A stretch of 64,000 nucleotides of DNA from Raillietiella orientalis (taxonomy: Eukaryota): NCBI GenBank assembly GCA_036172245.1, contig JAYWIR010000018.1, positions 496,001-560,000 of the forward strand, written 5' to 3'. The notes beneath the pieces are model-generated. The model had not been told where the DNA came from, ran no database searches, and saw only the letters and a list, made by a program, of their open reading frames with translations. Positions 33,783 through 47,384 of the stretch are shown one piece after another; position 1 is the first letter of the stretch, and every line of letters begins with the position of its first letter. Position numbers and translations under genes: made by a program.

Positions 33783-35969
33783 CTGCAGAGAGCACGTAGA
33801 GGGCAGGGATGATGCACAGATGCGGACAGATGACGCGCAGAGATGCAGCGCGACACGACGGCGCGTGCCTGGGACGCTGGCACAGCGCGCACACACCCGC
33901 CCGCCCTCTATCCCCGTGGGAGAGTCGTGCGCGCACAGCGTCACGCTGCTTGCACGTCAGGGTCACGCGTTTTTTTTTTCCTTCTTTTTTTCATGTAGCA
34001 GGGACTCCCCTCTCGGCACACCGGCGGATTCCTGAGAGCGACAGGGCGCCAACGCCTCCGCCGTCTGCGGGTTAGTCTCGAAAGGCGACGATGAGCGGTC
34101 CGCACAGGCGTTTCCTCTCCAGGCTTTTCAGGATACCCCCCCTCCTTTGCGAAAGTGCGCTCTAGAGCTCTTCCCGGATGTTCGCCGACGCTTCCCACGA
34201 GCGCACGGGCGACGAATCCGCTCGTTTTCTCGACGATGGTGCCCGCAGCACCCATTATGCGGGACCAGCAAAATGTTCGTCCCTCAATGCAAAACTCCCA
34301 TGAAAAGATCTTGTCAGTGTGCCCTCAGAAGAAAAGAGCTCAGCAGTGAGGATGGGGGGGGGGGTGCAAGCAGCACCAACGGGTGCGCGCTCACCGCACT
34401 CGGCCGCCCCCGCCACCCGACACGATCCAGGGAAGTGGTGTGGAAACTCACACGCCCAGCCACACATGCAAAGATCAATTACCATCCAGGAGCTTCGTCT
34501 CCTCGGAGCAACTTTCCTCCGGATCGCTTGCGGCAACGTGGTACTCCTGCATCTTGGCGTCGGCGACGTCCTTGGCGTGCGCTTTGCTTTTCAGGGCAAG
34601 AGACGTGCTCTCGTTGGCTTCCTGGAACGGACAAGAAGGACGCGTTTCGGTGTGGATACGGGAAAAGTCCGAGGTGGGAAAATGTACGAGATGCTGGAGA
34701 GGCAGAAGACGGACGCAGCTGGTTTAGGGACCCGGTGGCGCGTGCGCCCCACTACGACTTCGCCCCGGAGCGATCCGCTTTCCAATTCCCCTTCTCCACG
34801 CAGGACCCACAACTGCCGAGGGAGCCAGGCGGGACGAAAAGATGCTGGACAAGTGCGGACTCGGGAAGACGCGGCCGCCTGCGAGAGAGGGCGATGGCGC
34901 CGGGTTCGCGCACCGGACCGAGCGAAGGCCTCGGCCAACGCATTTCCCTAGGTCCCGCAAGCGTCTCCGACGTCACGGGATTCAGGTCATCCTCATAAAA
35001 ACCGGACGGAACCGCTCTCGAGGTCGCCCGCGTTATCGCAAAGGGCGAACGACGCGGTCTGGGAACCTCCAGGTAGGGCGAAGGACCAGTCGGTGTCATG
35101 GAGCAGTTGCCGACCCCCAAGGCACCCACGCTCGGGGAACCTGCGAGCGATAGGAAGCGCCACCCCTGGGAGAGAGACTCGGGGCTCTCCCTTCCCCATT
35201 GTTCCTTCCTTCTTCCGCCTGCCGAAGAGGGAGGGAGGGAGGAGAGGGAAGAAAAGGGGAACAGGAAGGAGAGCTCCCTTCCGCCTGCTGTTGATGGCGC
35301 AAGCGTTCTTCATTCTCTCCTACGAAAGCTGGACCCGGCGCTCCTTCGAGCGGCATCGCCCTTGCCGCCGGCAGCGACAGAAAAGACGATCGACGGGCTA
35401 AGGCGGACCGGACGGGGATGTGCGGCCTTGCAAACGCGCAGGGAGATGCCTCGCCCGCGTCTCCGCTCCGCTGGGGATGCGCACTGCGATCGCCCCACAA
35501 GATTTATTTTTAGAATGTCCGGGAGACGCGACGTCCCTCCCTCGCCCCCAGCCACGCGCCGCTTCTCTAGTGGCGGTAGCAGGAAAGGCTCGGGTGCTGC
35601 GAATGCCAAGCGCCTGGAGACTGCGGGTGCGACCTATAGGCGCAAAGTCCGAACGGGATGGTGCAATGAGCTCCCGGATTCTGGGTCGCTTCGGGGAAAA
35701 AAAACCCAGAATTGCTGGCAGTCTCCTTCCCCTCCAGATGAGTTCCTCCTGGGGACGGAGGACGTCGAGGGCATTTTCCTCGTCTCAGGAGTCATCGCGG
35801 GCGCAGTCTGGCTGCTCCCTCGCCCCCAGCCACGCGCTGGACCCATCCGACAAGTCCCTTTCGAGTCACGCGGTGGTCCGCTCAGGTCCATTCATTGTCA
35901 TGGCGACCCGGGCGGGTGAGCCGCACGCGCAGCAAGGACACTTTGATCTTAGCCAAGAGGCCTAGAGGC

Positions 35970-36088
35970 GTCTACGGCCATACCACGTTGAAAGCACGAG
36001 CTCTCGTTCAATCAGTGAATTTAAGCAGTGTCAGGCCTGGTTAGTAGTTGGATGGGAGACCTCCTGGGAACCCCGGGGGATGTAGACA
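35970..36088 (+). rRNA. 5S rRNA copy (diverged; variant or pseudogene)
   Basis: GTCTACGGCCATACCACGTTGAAAGCAC...TTAAGCAGTGTCAGGCCTGGTTAGTAGTTGGATGGGAGACCTCCTGGGAACCCCGGGGGATGTAGACA; 119 nt with complementary ends, followed by a T7 run (Pol III terminator) at 36090-36096. Confidence 0.92.
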
Positions 36089-36142
36089 CTTTTTTTGCCG
36101 TGTCAACATCGCACAGCAAGGAAAGGCGCGGTCTGCACGTAC

Positions 36143-36350
36143 CTTTTTGACGGTGCCCTCGCAGCCTCCCCCGGAGTCGTTCGACTTGAGCCGGGCGTGG
36201 TTCTTCAGCTCCTTCGGCGGGACGAACAGGCTTGGGGCGTTTGGGGAGATGTTCTTGCAATCCAGACCCTCGTGAAAGGGGAGCAGCCCATTCGGGTTCA
36301 GCAGCAGGCTGGAGGCGCTCGGACCGATGTAGCCGGGCAACGGTAGGGGG
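36143..36350 (-). CDS. SKI: Ski/SnoN-family protein, internal exon
   Basis: tttcttccag acceptor (phase 2); PLPLPGYIGPSASSLLLNPNGLLPFHEG...; donor AAG|GTACGT. Confidence 0.7.
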
Positions 36351-36676
36351 CTGGAAGAAACGCTGCTCGTCAGAAGCGAACACAGCGCGTGCGGTGGCGA
36401 CGGAGAGCACTGCAGCGAGCGCGCACCAGCCCGTCTTTTCGGACAGCCCCGCCCAGCGGCAGGGGAGGGCGGAAGTCCTCCTCGCGAACGAACCCAGAAA
36501 GTTCCCCCCGGTGGGCGGAGGAACCGTCCGGCCCGATCGCCTGCCCCGGAGCCTGCAGGTCCGCGAAGCACCAGCCTTGCCGGGGGCGGTCGGCCGGTGA
36601 GAAGATACCACGGGGAAGGAGAAGATAACGGCGCGCCGGCACTGCCGGACGGACAACGACCCCATGAAGTACTTAC

Positions 36677-36870
36677 CTTTCCTTGAACAGGCCACAGGGG
36701 AAATTCTTCTCGTCCTTTTCCAGCTGCGACCAGGCGCTGGGGATCACGTTGCGGCCAAAGAGGACATTGAACCAGGGCCAGTAGAGGAGCGGGTCGAAGG
36801 AGTAGGGAATGCCTGCGGCGAAGTCGTCCACCTTCGGTTTCTTCTTCGTTTCTTTGTAGGGGGCCTCACT
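36677..36870 (-). CDS. SKI: Ski/SnoN-family protein, internal exon
   Basis: tttgcgttccag acceptor (phase 0); SEAPYKETKKKPKVDD...LFKE; perfect donor AAG|GTAAGT. Confidence 0.75.
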
Positions 36871-39800
36871 CTGGAACGCAAAGGTCACGCGTGAATTTCC
36901 CTAGCTCGTGACCGCGCGCGCGTGCCGGAGCCGGGTAACGCTCCGGCCCGGGGAAACGGGCAATACAACGGGCTTTCTCTCCCTCTCCCTCGTCCCGCTC
37001 CGCTAGGGGAGGAAAGCGCCACGAAATTCCTGACAGGTTACAACCGCATACCGACACAGGCAGCCACCGCATCTCGAGGTCGTTCTGCGATATGACCCTT
37101 CCTCTGGTGAGCTTCCCCTCCGGATCGGACGGAGCCCAGCGGCTACCCACGCAGGTGCAGTTCCCTCAGTTCCGAGAGGGGAGAAAGATGAGGGACCGCG
37201 AACCTGGCACCCCACCCCAGGAAGGGTGCACTGCGCCGCGGCTTCCTCGACACGTGCACCAGCAGACCCGGCTCCCACAGGAGTTCTTCCTACTTGGAAG
37301 CTGCACTTGGAACCGACCTGTGGCCTGAATGCCACCGCTCAGCACCCGGAAAGTGGCGGGTAGGTCCGGGGGAGGCTGAGGCCTATTCCTTCACGCCATG
37401 CCCTGCAGCGTCCCTAGAGCGTCGCCGTTTCCACAGGTGCCCATGGGACGGGGAAAAGCGTGAAGCTCTTCCTGCGGTCAGACGCAAAATGGATGCTGAT
37501 CCTCCGTAGCGATACGGGGTCGGAGGCTGCATTGGCAATGTGGTGCCGCCGTCCCGGCGCAGGATCGGCACCGAGGGCGTCTGCGTAGTCGTGCCCATAG
37601 TAGAGGGTGTGTAGCGCCAATATCCGGACCGCGGAGCCAGCCAGCTGTCTTCCGCCATGGGAGCCGATGGACGTGTCAGTGGCATCTGAGAAGGCAACCT
37701 GGGATGGAAGGAACCCCCACGCACGAGTGTTTCCTGCTAAGAGGGAAACATTCGGATCTATTAATAGAAAACGGCAAAGCACGTGGAGCAGCCTGACACG
37801 CAAGAGGGCAGCAGCGAGTGTGCACGTGGCGATCGCAGTCCCGGAAGCTGCTAACCGCAGGAATGTCACCAGCACGCCTCGGGAACCTCGGTTTGCCATG
37901 ATTACGCGGGTTCTCGTCTTCCCCCACTGTCTTCCCTCGTGTTTTATGCACTCATCCAGAGGTGCGGCACGGTGTTCGTTCGAGCTCGACTGTGCCGCGG
38001 TGACGTCATCACGTAGTCTCAGCTTTCAGAGACGCGGCCTCTGCTATCTGCAGCTTGCGTGCAGCGCGCGTGGGCTGCACGGCAGGGAGAGCAGTGGGCG
38101 ACTCCTCGCCAATGAAACGGGAGCAGATGAGCAAGGAACGGGACTCCCAGCACACGTGCAGCCGACGCTGCTGAAGACCGGTGTCTTCTATCACCGCGCG
38201 GAACTGCCTCCCTTGACGGAGAAATGGCGGAGCACATTGCAAGAGAGGGGGTTGCATGCGGAGGATGAGCAACTGCCGAACTCGCGTCCTTGCAGAGCGG
38301 CGCGGGTGACGTCATCTCAGAAACGCGCGCGCTCCAGTACTTCGGACCACGAACACACGTGGAGACGCAGGAGCTCCTGCGCGTGCGCATCGTCAAACGC
38401 GGACGGGGCACGCGGTCACGCCCGTTCCAAACACACTGGCGGCAGGCGGACGCGTGGTCCGCTTCGAGAGCGCCCCTTGCAAACAGGAGGGACCGTCGTC
38501 TTCATCATCTCTGTTGACACAGCGTCGGAGCGCGGCGTCTTTACTGATCGTCCTCCCTACCACCCGCCCGCACCTCACCGGGAGAGCTGCCGAGCTAAAA
38601 AACCGGATGCCGGACGGTTCACGTTCCAGCCAAGGTCACCGTCATCTTCGACGGTACTCATCTCAGAGAGCCAGTCGGCGTAGGCGCGGCGCTGCCTCTT
38701 TCTATGCGATCGGAAGACACTTGCAGGGGGATGCACGAAGCTCTCCGCGGAGAGGAGCGCGCGCGACCCGAAGCACGGACGGGTGCCCTCTCGCGCCTCC
38801 TCTTCGAGCATCCGTACCCACGAAGTGACCTGGAACGCCGCTTCCCAAATGGCGCGCGTGGATCCCGGCCTCCTTCGGCGCCTGCAGAGATGCCGGACGA
38901 GACACGTCCGAGGAGCTTCTATCTCTCAAAAGACCGACACGTCGGTGGCGACTTGCGGGAGCCGCCCGCAAGTTCAGGAGCCACCACCTGACGCGCCAAT
39001 TCTCCTCGGCGGTGCACCTTCTCTTTGGCGCTTGAGGAAGGGGAGGAAAGCCGAGGCGTCGGCCAGTCGCAACTGCTGGCGCAGCCATCTGTGGCGCTTC
39101 GACCAGAGAAGCGCACCGTCCTCCAAGCGCCTCACGCTCCTCGCGAGCTGCCGCTGCAAACACGCTCCAAACTTTACGCTCGTGGAGCTGGAGACGATGC
39201 GCTGCCGTGGGCTGCCTGGGGCGGTGCCCTGAAGACTGGTGTCGCCCTCCGAGGCCTTCCACACGCAGGGATGGGCGAAACGGGCGGTACACTGTCGGCA
39301 GAGAGGAGATTCCGCCCCGATGCCCCATTCGTTTCGTGGACGATCGATTCACGTTCACGCGGCCTGGTCGTGCAGCTGGCGAACGATACAAGGGCGGATG
39401 GGTGCTCCGGTCCGCGCCCAGGGCGCGTCCGAGGAGGAAGAAGCTGGCGACTGCGCGCGGGTGCTTGCGCAGCGGCGCCTCCTGTTTTCCGGAGACACCC
39501 GCCTGCCTCTAGCGGGACGACGGGCGATCGAGATACGGTCGTGCGCACGGGTAGGAACGAAGCAGAGTCCCTCGCCAACACACGGGCACTCTCGAGCATG
39601 CGCAACAGAGACGAGGAGAGCGCCGCATTCCAGCATGCCTTCCGGGCAGAAGCCTGCCTTAAGGTGTTCCGATGTAACCCGCCGCGTCATCCCCTCCGCT
39701 TGAGCCGAGGGGCGGATGCGCGGCGAAGCGGGGCTGCGCGCACGCAGAGACGCGACTACGCCGTGCAACCTTTTCCGGGACGAGCAGCACCACCATCAGC

Positions 39801-42800
39801 GCAAAGATCGCTGCACTCTCCGCACAAGGCAACTGCGCGGTGTCGAGGGGCGGCGTCGACTCTAAGCTCCTCCTCATCATCATCCCCCCTTCCCCCCCAC
39901 CCTCCAAGAGGCACGCGCACGCAACCAGGGAGCGCTGTGCCAGGGATCCTCCTTGGGCGCCTCTCGCGGCGCAACGCGCCCTGCGGCCCGGAACGAGCCC
40001 AAGGCCACACGGACGCGGAAGGGAACTTGCAGTGGACGCTGGTGCGCGCGCGCATTCCCTGGAACGCCCGTCTAAACTTCCCGAAGCTAGGACGCCCGAT
40101 GGAAGGGAGCATCCGGCGGCAGGGCGATCGGCTGCGCCGGGTACTTCGGACACCTCGCGTACACACCTAAAACACCGGGCCGCCCGATAACGCCCAACCG
40201 ACCAGTCGCGCCGAGATAGGTGGACAGACCGGCACATATGCAAGGGGAAGGGGAGGGGGGGGGGAAGCAAGCTGCGTTTCCGTGGCGACGTCGATAACCC
40301 TTACCGGTTGCAGCGGATTCCTCAAGATTGCGCTGCTTCCGCGTGGCCTGAAACCGCCAGCGGAGCTGCTGCGCCCTCGCTCGGCACACCTTGTCAACAC
40401 CGCCTTCGGCTGGCAGCCCCGCGGATGCGCATCCACCTCCAGTTGCCACGCGCCGGCTGCTGAGGGTGCAATGCGCACGCATGCACCCTCCCCCGCCAAG
40501 AGCAACGCGAAGGGCGGGCCGTTTCCTGCCAGTCGAAGAGATCCGAAAAGAAGAGGGGCGCGCTGGACGGAGCTGCCGAGCGGGAAGCGGCGAACCCGCG
40601 TGCACGGCTGTCCAGGGTCCCTCGGCTGTAGGGCCGGCAGGATGGTTCCTCTGCCTGAGCGGAGAGGCGCTTCCGACAACGGGTGGCGCTGGCGCGCGAC
40701 GAACGCCGCAGAGTTGCGAGACGCCTCCGCGGACGCGTCGAGCTTGGCGACGGCGGCGGCGCCAAGAGTCTCCCCAGGACGGGAAAACGAGCGAGACCGA
40801 AAAATAACCCTCTCCTCTTTCCCTCGCGAAGCAAGCTCCTCCCTCCTTCCCCTTTTTCTCTTCCTGCTCTTCCCCGGCACCGCCTCCACCCGCCCAGGCC
40901 GCGCGCGCGCCTTACTGCTCCCCGGCGACCGACAGGCACTCGTCCAGGAATCGATTCGCTGCCGCATTCCGTGGGCATTCCCGAGATCCGTTTGGCTACG
41001 GCGTTCGCATGGAAACGGATCAATAGTGAGACCAGGCCTTCCTCCGGCCAGGATGGCCGAAGGCCCTGACATGACGGCGAGCGCTCGCCGAGAGGCCGTC
41101 GCGCAGCGGAAAACGCCCTCTGCAAACCAGACGACGCCCAGCCTCCCTCCTCACAGGGAAACGAAAACGATCAAAACGCGCAAACAGTCCCCAGGGATTG
41201 TTTAATTAACGATTCCCGGCGGCTCTCTTGCTGAAGCGTGACCCCGCGATGAAACGGGGCGACGTGCACCTCGACCTCCTCTGGAAGCGCCAGGGACGCC
41301 CGTGTCGGCATGAGGGACGAGGCCGCCGGGGACCCCGAAGGGCGCTCTCTCGTGGGGAGACGAATACAGGCGCAAAGGTTGCGGGCGACGCAGCTGGCGC
41401 GGGCGCGCGCGCCGGCAGACGCCGCTGCAGCCCCTGCGGAGGAAAGCGGCTCCACGGCTCGGGAGCGGTAAATTCGAGGTGCATGGCGGAAAGATGGCGG
41501 CAGCAGAACCGCGCTGAGCCAGGCGAGCGTCACGAAGAAGCGCTTGCCGGTTGGTCCGCCGATCGCAGCGCTCCGGCGCCGACGGCAGCACCGAGAGAAC
41601 GGGAGACTGCGGCATGCGGAGACTGCGCTGGACGCGGGTCGCTCGCAAGCACGGCCGCGGTCGACGTGTGCGCGAGGGAAAAGAAATCGCAAATAGGTCA
41701 GTGGGCAGATTAATCGTCTGGCAAGCCGCGATTTGCGCAACCGCAGCGTTGCGAAACCTTAGCGGTCAGACCGTCTCTTCAGGGGGGCGGAGCGGCGGTG
41801 CGCGAGCTCCTTGGAGACGGACGATAAGATTGCCCGAGGTGAGACGCTCCGTAACAGCAGCAGCAGCAGCCGATCGCTAACGGAAATTCGCTTTCCTGCG
41901 AGTACACGTGACGCGTCGCCGGCGATGGCATGCGATGGTCGCCCGTCCGTTTGTGGCTCTCGCGCCGTCGCTGGACGCCGCCTGCCCTCTACCTGAGAAG
42001 ACGTTTTGATCGATGGTTCCGGTAAGGAGGAAAGTGAAGATACCGCCGCAAGCACCGACGGGGGACAAGATCCCTACCACGACTACTGCTGATGATGCCT
42101 TCAAAGACGAAGGCATCATGACGCTTGGCGGTCCCAGGGGAACGGCACCCACGGGTCCCAAGAAATCACGTCTTCCGCATGGAGCGACTGGAGCCGATCG
42201 TCATCTATGCATGCGTTTGGCGTGCGAGGCTAGCGCGTCACCTGCCTAAGAGGGCAACGTGGAAAAACAGCTGATGCATCGACGGCGGGCCGCGCAACCG
42301 CCGGTCGTCGCGGCGGCAAAGAGGGGAAGCCGGCGGCGCGCGCGAAAAGGTCACGTGGTCGGAAATGTAGGACAACCTTAAAATACAGGGTGTAGAAAAA
42401 CGTCAGGCCTGTGCTGCAAGGCAAACGAAGCCCCTCAGCAGCGATGTCTCGCTCTCTCCAGGTTGTTGTTGTTCTTTTTGTTCTGTTTTGTTTTGTTTTT
42501 CCTGCGTGTGCGTGACCCGCGACCCGAATCGAAACCACGAGAACCCGCCACCGCTCAGAGTGCCACGGCTGCGAACAAGGAGCACCGGGGTTCCTCTTAC
42601 CGATGCTCTACGACCGCTTGACAAGGTCGACGCCGGAAAGGAGGGAGGAGGCGAGAAAGACCTTCCTCTGCAGGAGAGGCAGACCCGAGGCCCAAGCGCC
42701 GCGAAGGCGAACGAGGCAGGCGGCGCCCACCCGGCAGGACCCGGCACGAGGGGGCGGACGTTGCTTCTGTCGGGGACTGACTCGAGGCGGCACCAACTTT

Positions 42801-44407
42801 GCAGGAGCGGCGCGGGGCTATCCGCGCGCGCGCGATCGACGGATAACCGAGGAAACCTCCTTGGATCGCCTCGGCACGACGGTGGAGGGGTGGAAAGGAC
42901 CTCGGCCGGCGGCCCGCGCGGCGCCGACAGAGCAGAGCCTCGGGCCATCCCATCGGCGGAAACTCTCCTGCGCACGGGGGGCTGGAGCGAAGTGGCAGCG
43001 GTCTGCGCTCCCTGAGAACAACAAAGGGATGCCGGATGCTTGATCCTGGTGACCCGCGAAGACCTCGAAGGGTTCCTGCCTCGCTCCCGATCGGTGCCCC
43101 GGGTTCATAGGGGGCGTGATGGGCGCTTCCAGCACGACGCCGCAGGAACGGCGCGAGGACACCGGGGGCAGGCACATGCTAAGAGGAAAGATGCGCGGCT
43201 TCCGAGCCGCGCGCGCGCCAAGTTACGCAAGCCGGGTATGCACCACCATCATTTCTTCTTTCCTTGACGGCACTTGGCGTGATCTGACAGCGCGAACAGA
43301 AAACCCACCACTCGCGAGAGAGGCGTCTCCGCGCAACTTTCTCCTCGATGGGGCGCGTTTGTGTGTGCGTGTTTTGGGAGGGGAAAGAAGGGGGACGAGG
43401 GCGCGGCGCTGCCAAATAGAAATCTTGGCGGTGGCCGGTAAGTCGGAGCGGTGCCACCACCCTGCGAAACAATGAGCTACGCAAGGAGGCAGCGGCCGGG
43501 TTGCCAAACAGATTGTCCCTCCCCTCCCCCGCGCACGCGAGCGCCCTCCTCGGTTCGCGAGAAGCAACCGCCCACCGCCTGCTGCATTTCTCAGTCACGT
43601 ATCGCCCGTCTTTCGCCCGCTTGCACGCGCGCGCATCGCCGTTGCTAGGTGCATTCGCCGTCTGAAGATGCAATGAAAACGCAGCCTCCGAGACGAAGCG
43701 ACGGAACACGCGGAGTTTTCACGTGAGCGCTGCGTGGAGCCGCAACCACACCTGCGGCGCTTGCGCCGGCGAATGGCACCGACGAGCCCCGGCTCCACGG
43801 ATCCGAAGCACCACCTAAACCACGACGTCCGGAGCTCCGGGAAGGGGAAACAGGGAAACTCCGAGCTGCAAACCTACGTACCCTTTACCCGAACGCAATG
43901 TCCGCCGTAGCCCTTTCAAAACGTCAGAGACGGACTGCGCTTTTTCAGTGCGAGGATGCTCCCATCGAGGAATCAATCACACACGATCCGTACGCATGAC
44001 GACGACGGCGGCGGCGGCGGCGGCGGAGGGTTCGAGGCGCCAAACGCCCTGCACTCTGTCGGGGGAGGTAGTTGCACGAGTGCCTCCGAGAGGGGGCTGT
44101 TGAGGAGCTCCACCGCGGCTCACTCGCGTGGCCAAGTTTGTCACGGATATACTGCTCGGGAAGAATGGTTGCAGCGGAGAACGGATAAGGAGAGCGATGG
44201 AGGCGGTGGTGCTGGCCGATCTTTTCCCAGCACCTTGGCAGGAAGGCGACGACCCGAGGCGGAAAGACCGCCGCCATGTCCTGCACGCAGGGGCAAAGGA
44301 AGACAGCGCAGCATGGAGCGCTTATCTGGTCTCAAGGACACCGGGGCGCCCTGGCAAAAAGCAATGTGCAGCAGACACGACGCCACCACGTGAGAGGCGG
44401 CGTCGGC

Positions 44408-44427
44408 CGCGCGCGCGCGCGCGCGCG
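44408..44427. repeat. (CG)10 microsatellite
   Basis: Directly visible. Confidence 0.95.
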
Positions 44428-44515
44428 AGCGAGCGCGACACCGACCCACGCAGATCGCTTCAGGTGGCGGAGTCTAGAAGAGGCCGATAGACTGCAGGGT
44501 GAAAGTGGCGTGGCC

Positions 44516-44546
<31 letters not shown>

Positions 44547-45059
44547 CGCAGACGTGCGTGACTGCGGGAGACACTGCGACGGGAATGAGCAAAAAGAGAG
44601 GGGGCGAGTCGAGGGGAAGGGGAGGGCAAAAACATCATCCCTCTTCCCTGAACGTGGAATAGGAGGAGGGGCTTTTTCGTGAGGGGGAAAGAGAGATTTC
44701 ACTCCGCTGTCCTCTCCCCACCCTCGCAGAAGCTCTCGGGGAAACTTCCTGTAGGTTGGGCGCGCCGTCCAGTCAACTGCGGTCTGCAGACACCCGCTCC
44801 TCCCAGCTGAAGGACACACGACGCCGCACTTGGAAGGCCATCCTGGCTTCTAGTCCGGCGTGCAGGAGATCCGCGGGGCTGTGGCCGCGCTCCGAGGAAG
44901 GCAGATCGTCGCGGCGAGGGAGGGAGGGGGCGCGCGGATCGCTTCCGTCCCACACGCGACCGGCCGAGAGCGCCAGCCAACGGGACTCCCTTGAACCTCC
45001 TGCACACGGAGGCCGCGGGCGGCTGCTGAGAACGAGCTGAACCCACGACAACGGACCTG

Positions 45060-45450
45060 AATCTGGACACAAGTGGCGGGCTTGCCTCGCCAAGGTACGA
45101 AGGGAGCAGGAAATGGGGAGCTGCAGAAGCACCCTTCGGGGTAAGCGGCGTTAGTGGAAGCGCCTGGCATAGGGGTGGACGCTGAGGTGAGACGTGTCCG
45201 CACCTAATCACGACGCCAGCCGGCCGCCAATCGCACGTCGTCGTCCGGCCTGACTGATGGCGCTCGCTGCCGCCGATAGTGCGGTGGTCCTGGCGGTGCC
45301 CACAGAAGGCTCTCCCAACACCGCGGCTCCTCGGCAGAACTCGGAAATAGTCGAACGCAAGGGGGCCTCTATCTAGCTGACCAAACGCCCAAACTCCGCG
45401 TATTTGGCAACCCCGCTTTCTCCGGCAGGACCGGATTTTTAGAGCTTTCA
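45060..45450 (-). mobile_element. Decayed LINE RT remnant in Ski intron 1
   Basis: GVWAFGQLDRGPLAFDYF (cf. LDxxKAFD) followed by TPKGASAAPHFLLPSYL (cf. PQGSxLSPxLF). Confidence 0.35.
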
Positions 45451-46496
45451 CACAATCACGAACGTCCGCGTCACCCCCCTCCCCCCCCTCTCCCATAGCG
45501 TGTGCACGCAAATCTCGCGCCGCACTTCCTCTCCTTTCCGCCCCAGCCCCAACCCCTACGTCACCATGAAATTTCAATCTCGCGATTTCTCGGGATTTTC
45601 CATTTACTCGCGCCGCAAAACACACACGCACACAACGCGGGAGGCGGATCAAACGGAAATACCGCGCTCACCGGACGTGTGCGCGCAGGGGGAGGAGTGT
45701 CTGGGCGGATGGTGACTTGGTGGGTTTCCAAATAGCCCAACGCGTGCGATCCACCCTTCCCCTTTTTTCCTTCGTCTCTCACGGCATTCAGACCGAGCGC
45801 CACAGACGTCTTCCGATCGCCCTCGGCGAAGACCGAGTATCATGAGCGTAACCTTGGCGGATGCCTCCGCGCGGCCGCATCCTGGGAAGACATGGGATGC
45901 AGCAAACACACCCCAACCCACCCCACCCCACCCCCGATCCACATGCACTTGCGTCTAACTTGGACCGCCTTTCTTCCTCGTGGCCACAGTCCAGCAATAT
46001 CGAGCGCCACCTCACCCTACGACTGAACCTACACACCCCACCCCACCCCACGGTGGGCGGGCGACTAGCTTGTAAACGCCAAGGGTGCCCGCAGACCAAA
46101 CGTCAAAGGGATCGAATTTGGGATTCCCTTTGCGCGCGTGGCGCACCGCGGGGCCGTTAACGCGATGAGGGCGACTCCCCGGTTTCCTTTTTGTGTAATC
46201 CCGGAAAATTTCCCGGATTCCCCAAGTTTAAGGAACGCATTTGTTGCCAAGGTATTCCCTCCCGAGTACAGAGTTTTGTTGTACCCCCACACCACACCGA
46301 TCGATTTTCGTACGCAACACGGGGCTTTTTTCTTCACTCATTTGCATGAGCGGCAAAGCCGCACACCATCCACCCACAGATGCGACGCAGAGACGCACAC
46401 TTTTCTTCTTCCCCGCGGGTGGTGGGAGAACACAGAAAACTTGGGTGAAGAGCAGAAAAACTTCCGCCTCGAGAGCCACGGAGTAAGGCAACTGAC

Positions 46497-47384
46497 CTTT
46501 CTTTTGTACTTGGGTCCGTCGAACCTGGATTTGAGATCGCTAAAAGTCTTCTGCAGAGTCTCGTTGTCGGCTTGACCACTGGTGAGCAACAGATAAGAGC
46601 GCCAGTTTGCACGATCGAAGCCCCAGTGGCAAGTACGGTGCTCCGAGGGGCCGTGGGAGTGTCCGACGAAGACTTCGGGCGAAAACATGCCTTTGCACAC
46701 GGTGCACTCTATGCATCGGGTATCTGCAGCTGTGTACCAGTCTGAGATGAAAATGCCACGACCCTTCCCAAAACATTTGTGGTAAACGTGAAAACCATTG
46801 GGCCGCTCTCGTACTGACAACTCCAATGGCAACTGGGGAGCACTGGAGTGAAGCAACTCCATGCACAAGCGTTCCGCATTTGTCTTAGTGATCAATCCGC
46901 AACAATAGGCGGATGGAGGAAGGATGCCTGATCTCTTCAGATCATCTAACTGTTCCGGAGTGCAGCGGGAGCAGAAGATTTGAAGCGCATCACACACATG
47001 ATTGATCTGAGGTAGCTGGAACTCGCTAAGCACGCTATTTAAAATCTGTGGCAAGCAAAGGCGACGTTCCCCTCCGACTAAGAAGCAAGCGATACATTGA
47101 CCTTCCAATACAGTTTCGCCTCTTTCTCCTGGTGATTGATCAGGAGGTAACAGGATGGGAAACTGTGGACTCACCGATGATGATGGATACGGGGATGAAG
47201 GGGATATGGGAGAAAGACGTTTCTTGAGTGGCATAACTTCATCTTTGCCGTGAATGGCTTTCCACGACTTTAACACATTATTCGGACCCGACAGACTGCT
47301 CATAGCAGCAGTTTGGTATTCTTTTAATACTTCGTTGAGAATCGGTGAGAAGGATGCTGTTGCCGTTAGCTCTGATGATTTCAT
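46497..47384 (-). CDS. SKI: Ski/SnoN-family transcriptional co-repressor, large exon with DHD (Ski/Dach) and SAND-like SMAD4-binding domains
   Basis: AMSSLSGP; ETVLEGQCIACFLVGGERRLCLPQILNSVL...CGLITKTNAERLC; VYHKCFGKGRG...CIECTVCKGMFSPEVFVGHSH...TCHWGFDRANWRSYL. First ATG 47384; frame stays open back to an acceptor at 47467; donor AAG|GTCAGT. Confidence 0.96.

Noticed and set aside
37600..44400. Long ORFs inside Ski intron 1 (37607-38683, 39025-40170, 40282-41205)
   Set aside because: No recognisable protein family or consistent splice structure; GC artefacts or TE decay.
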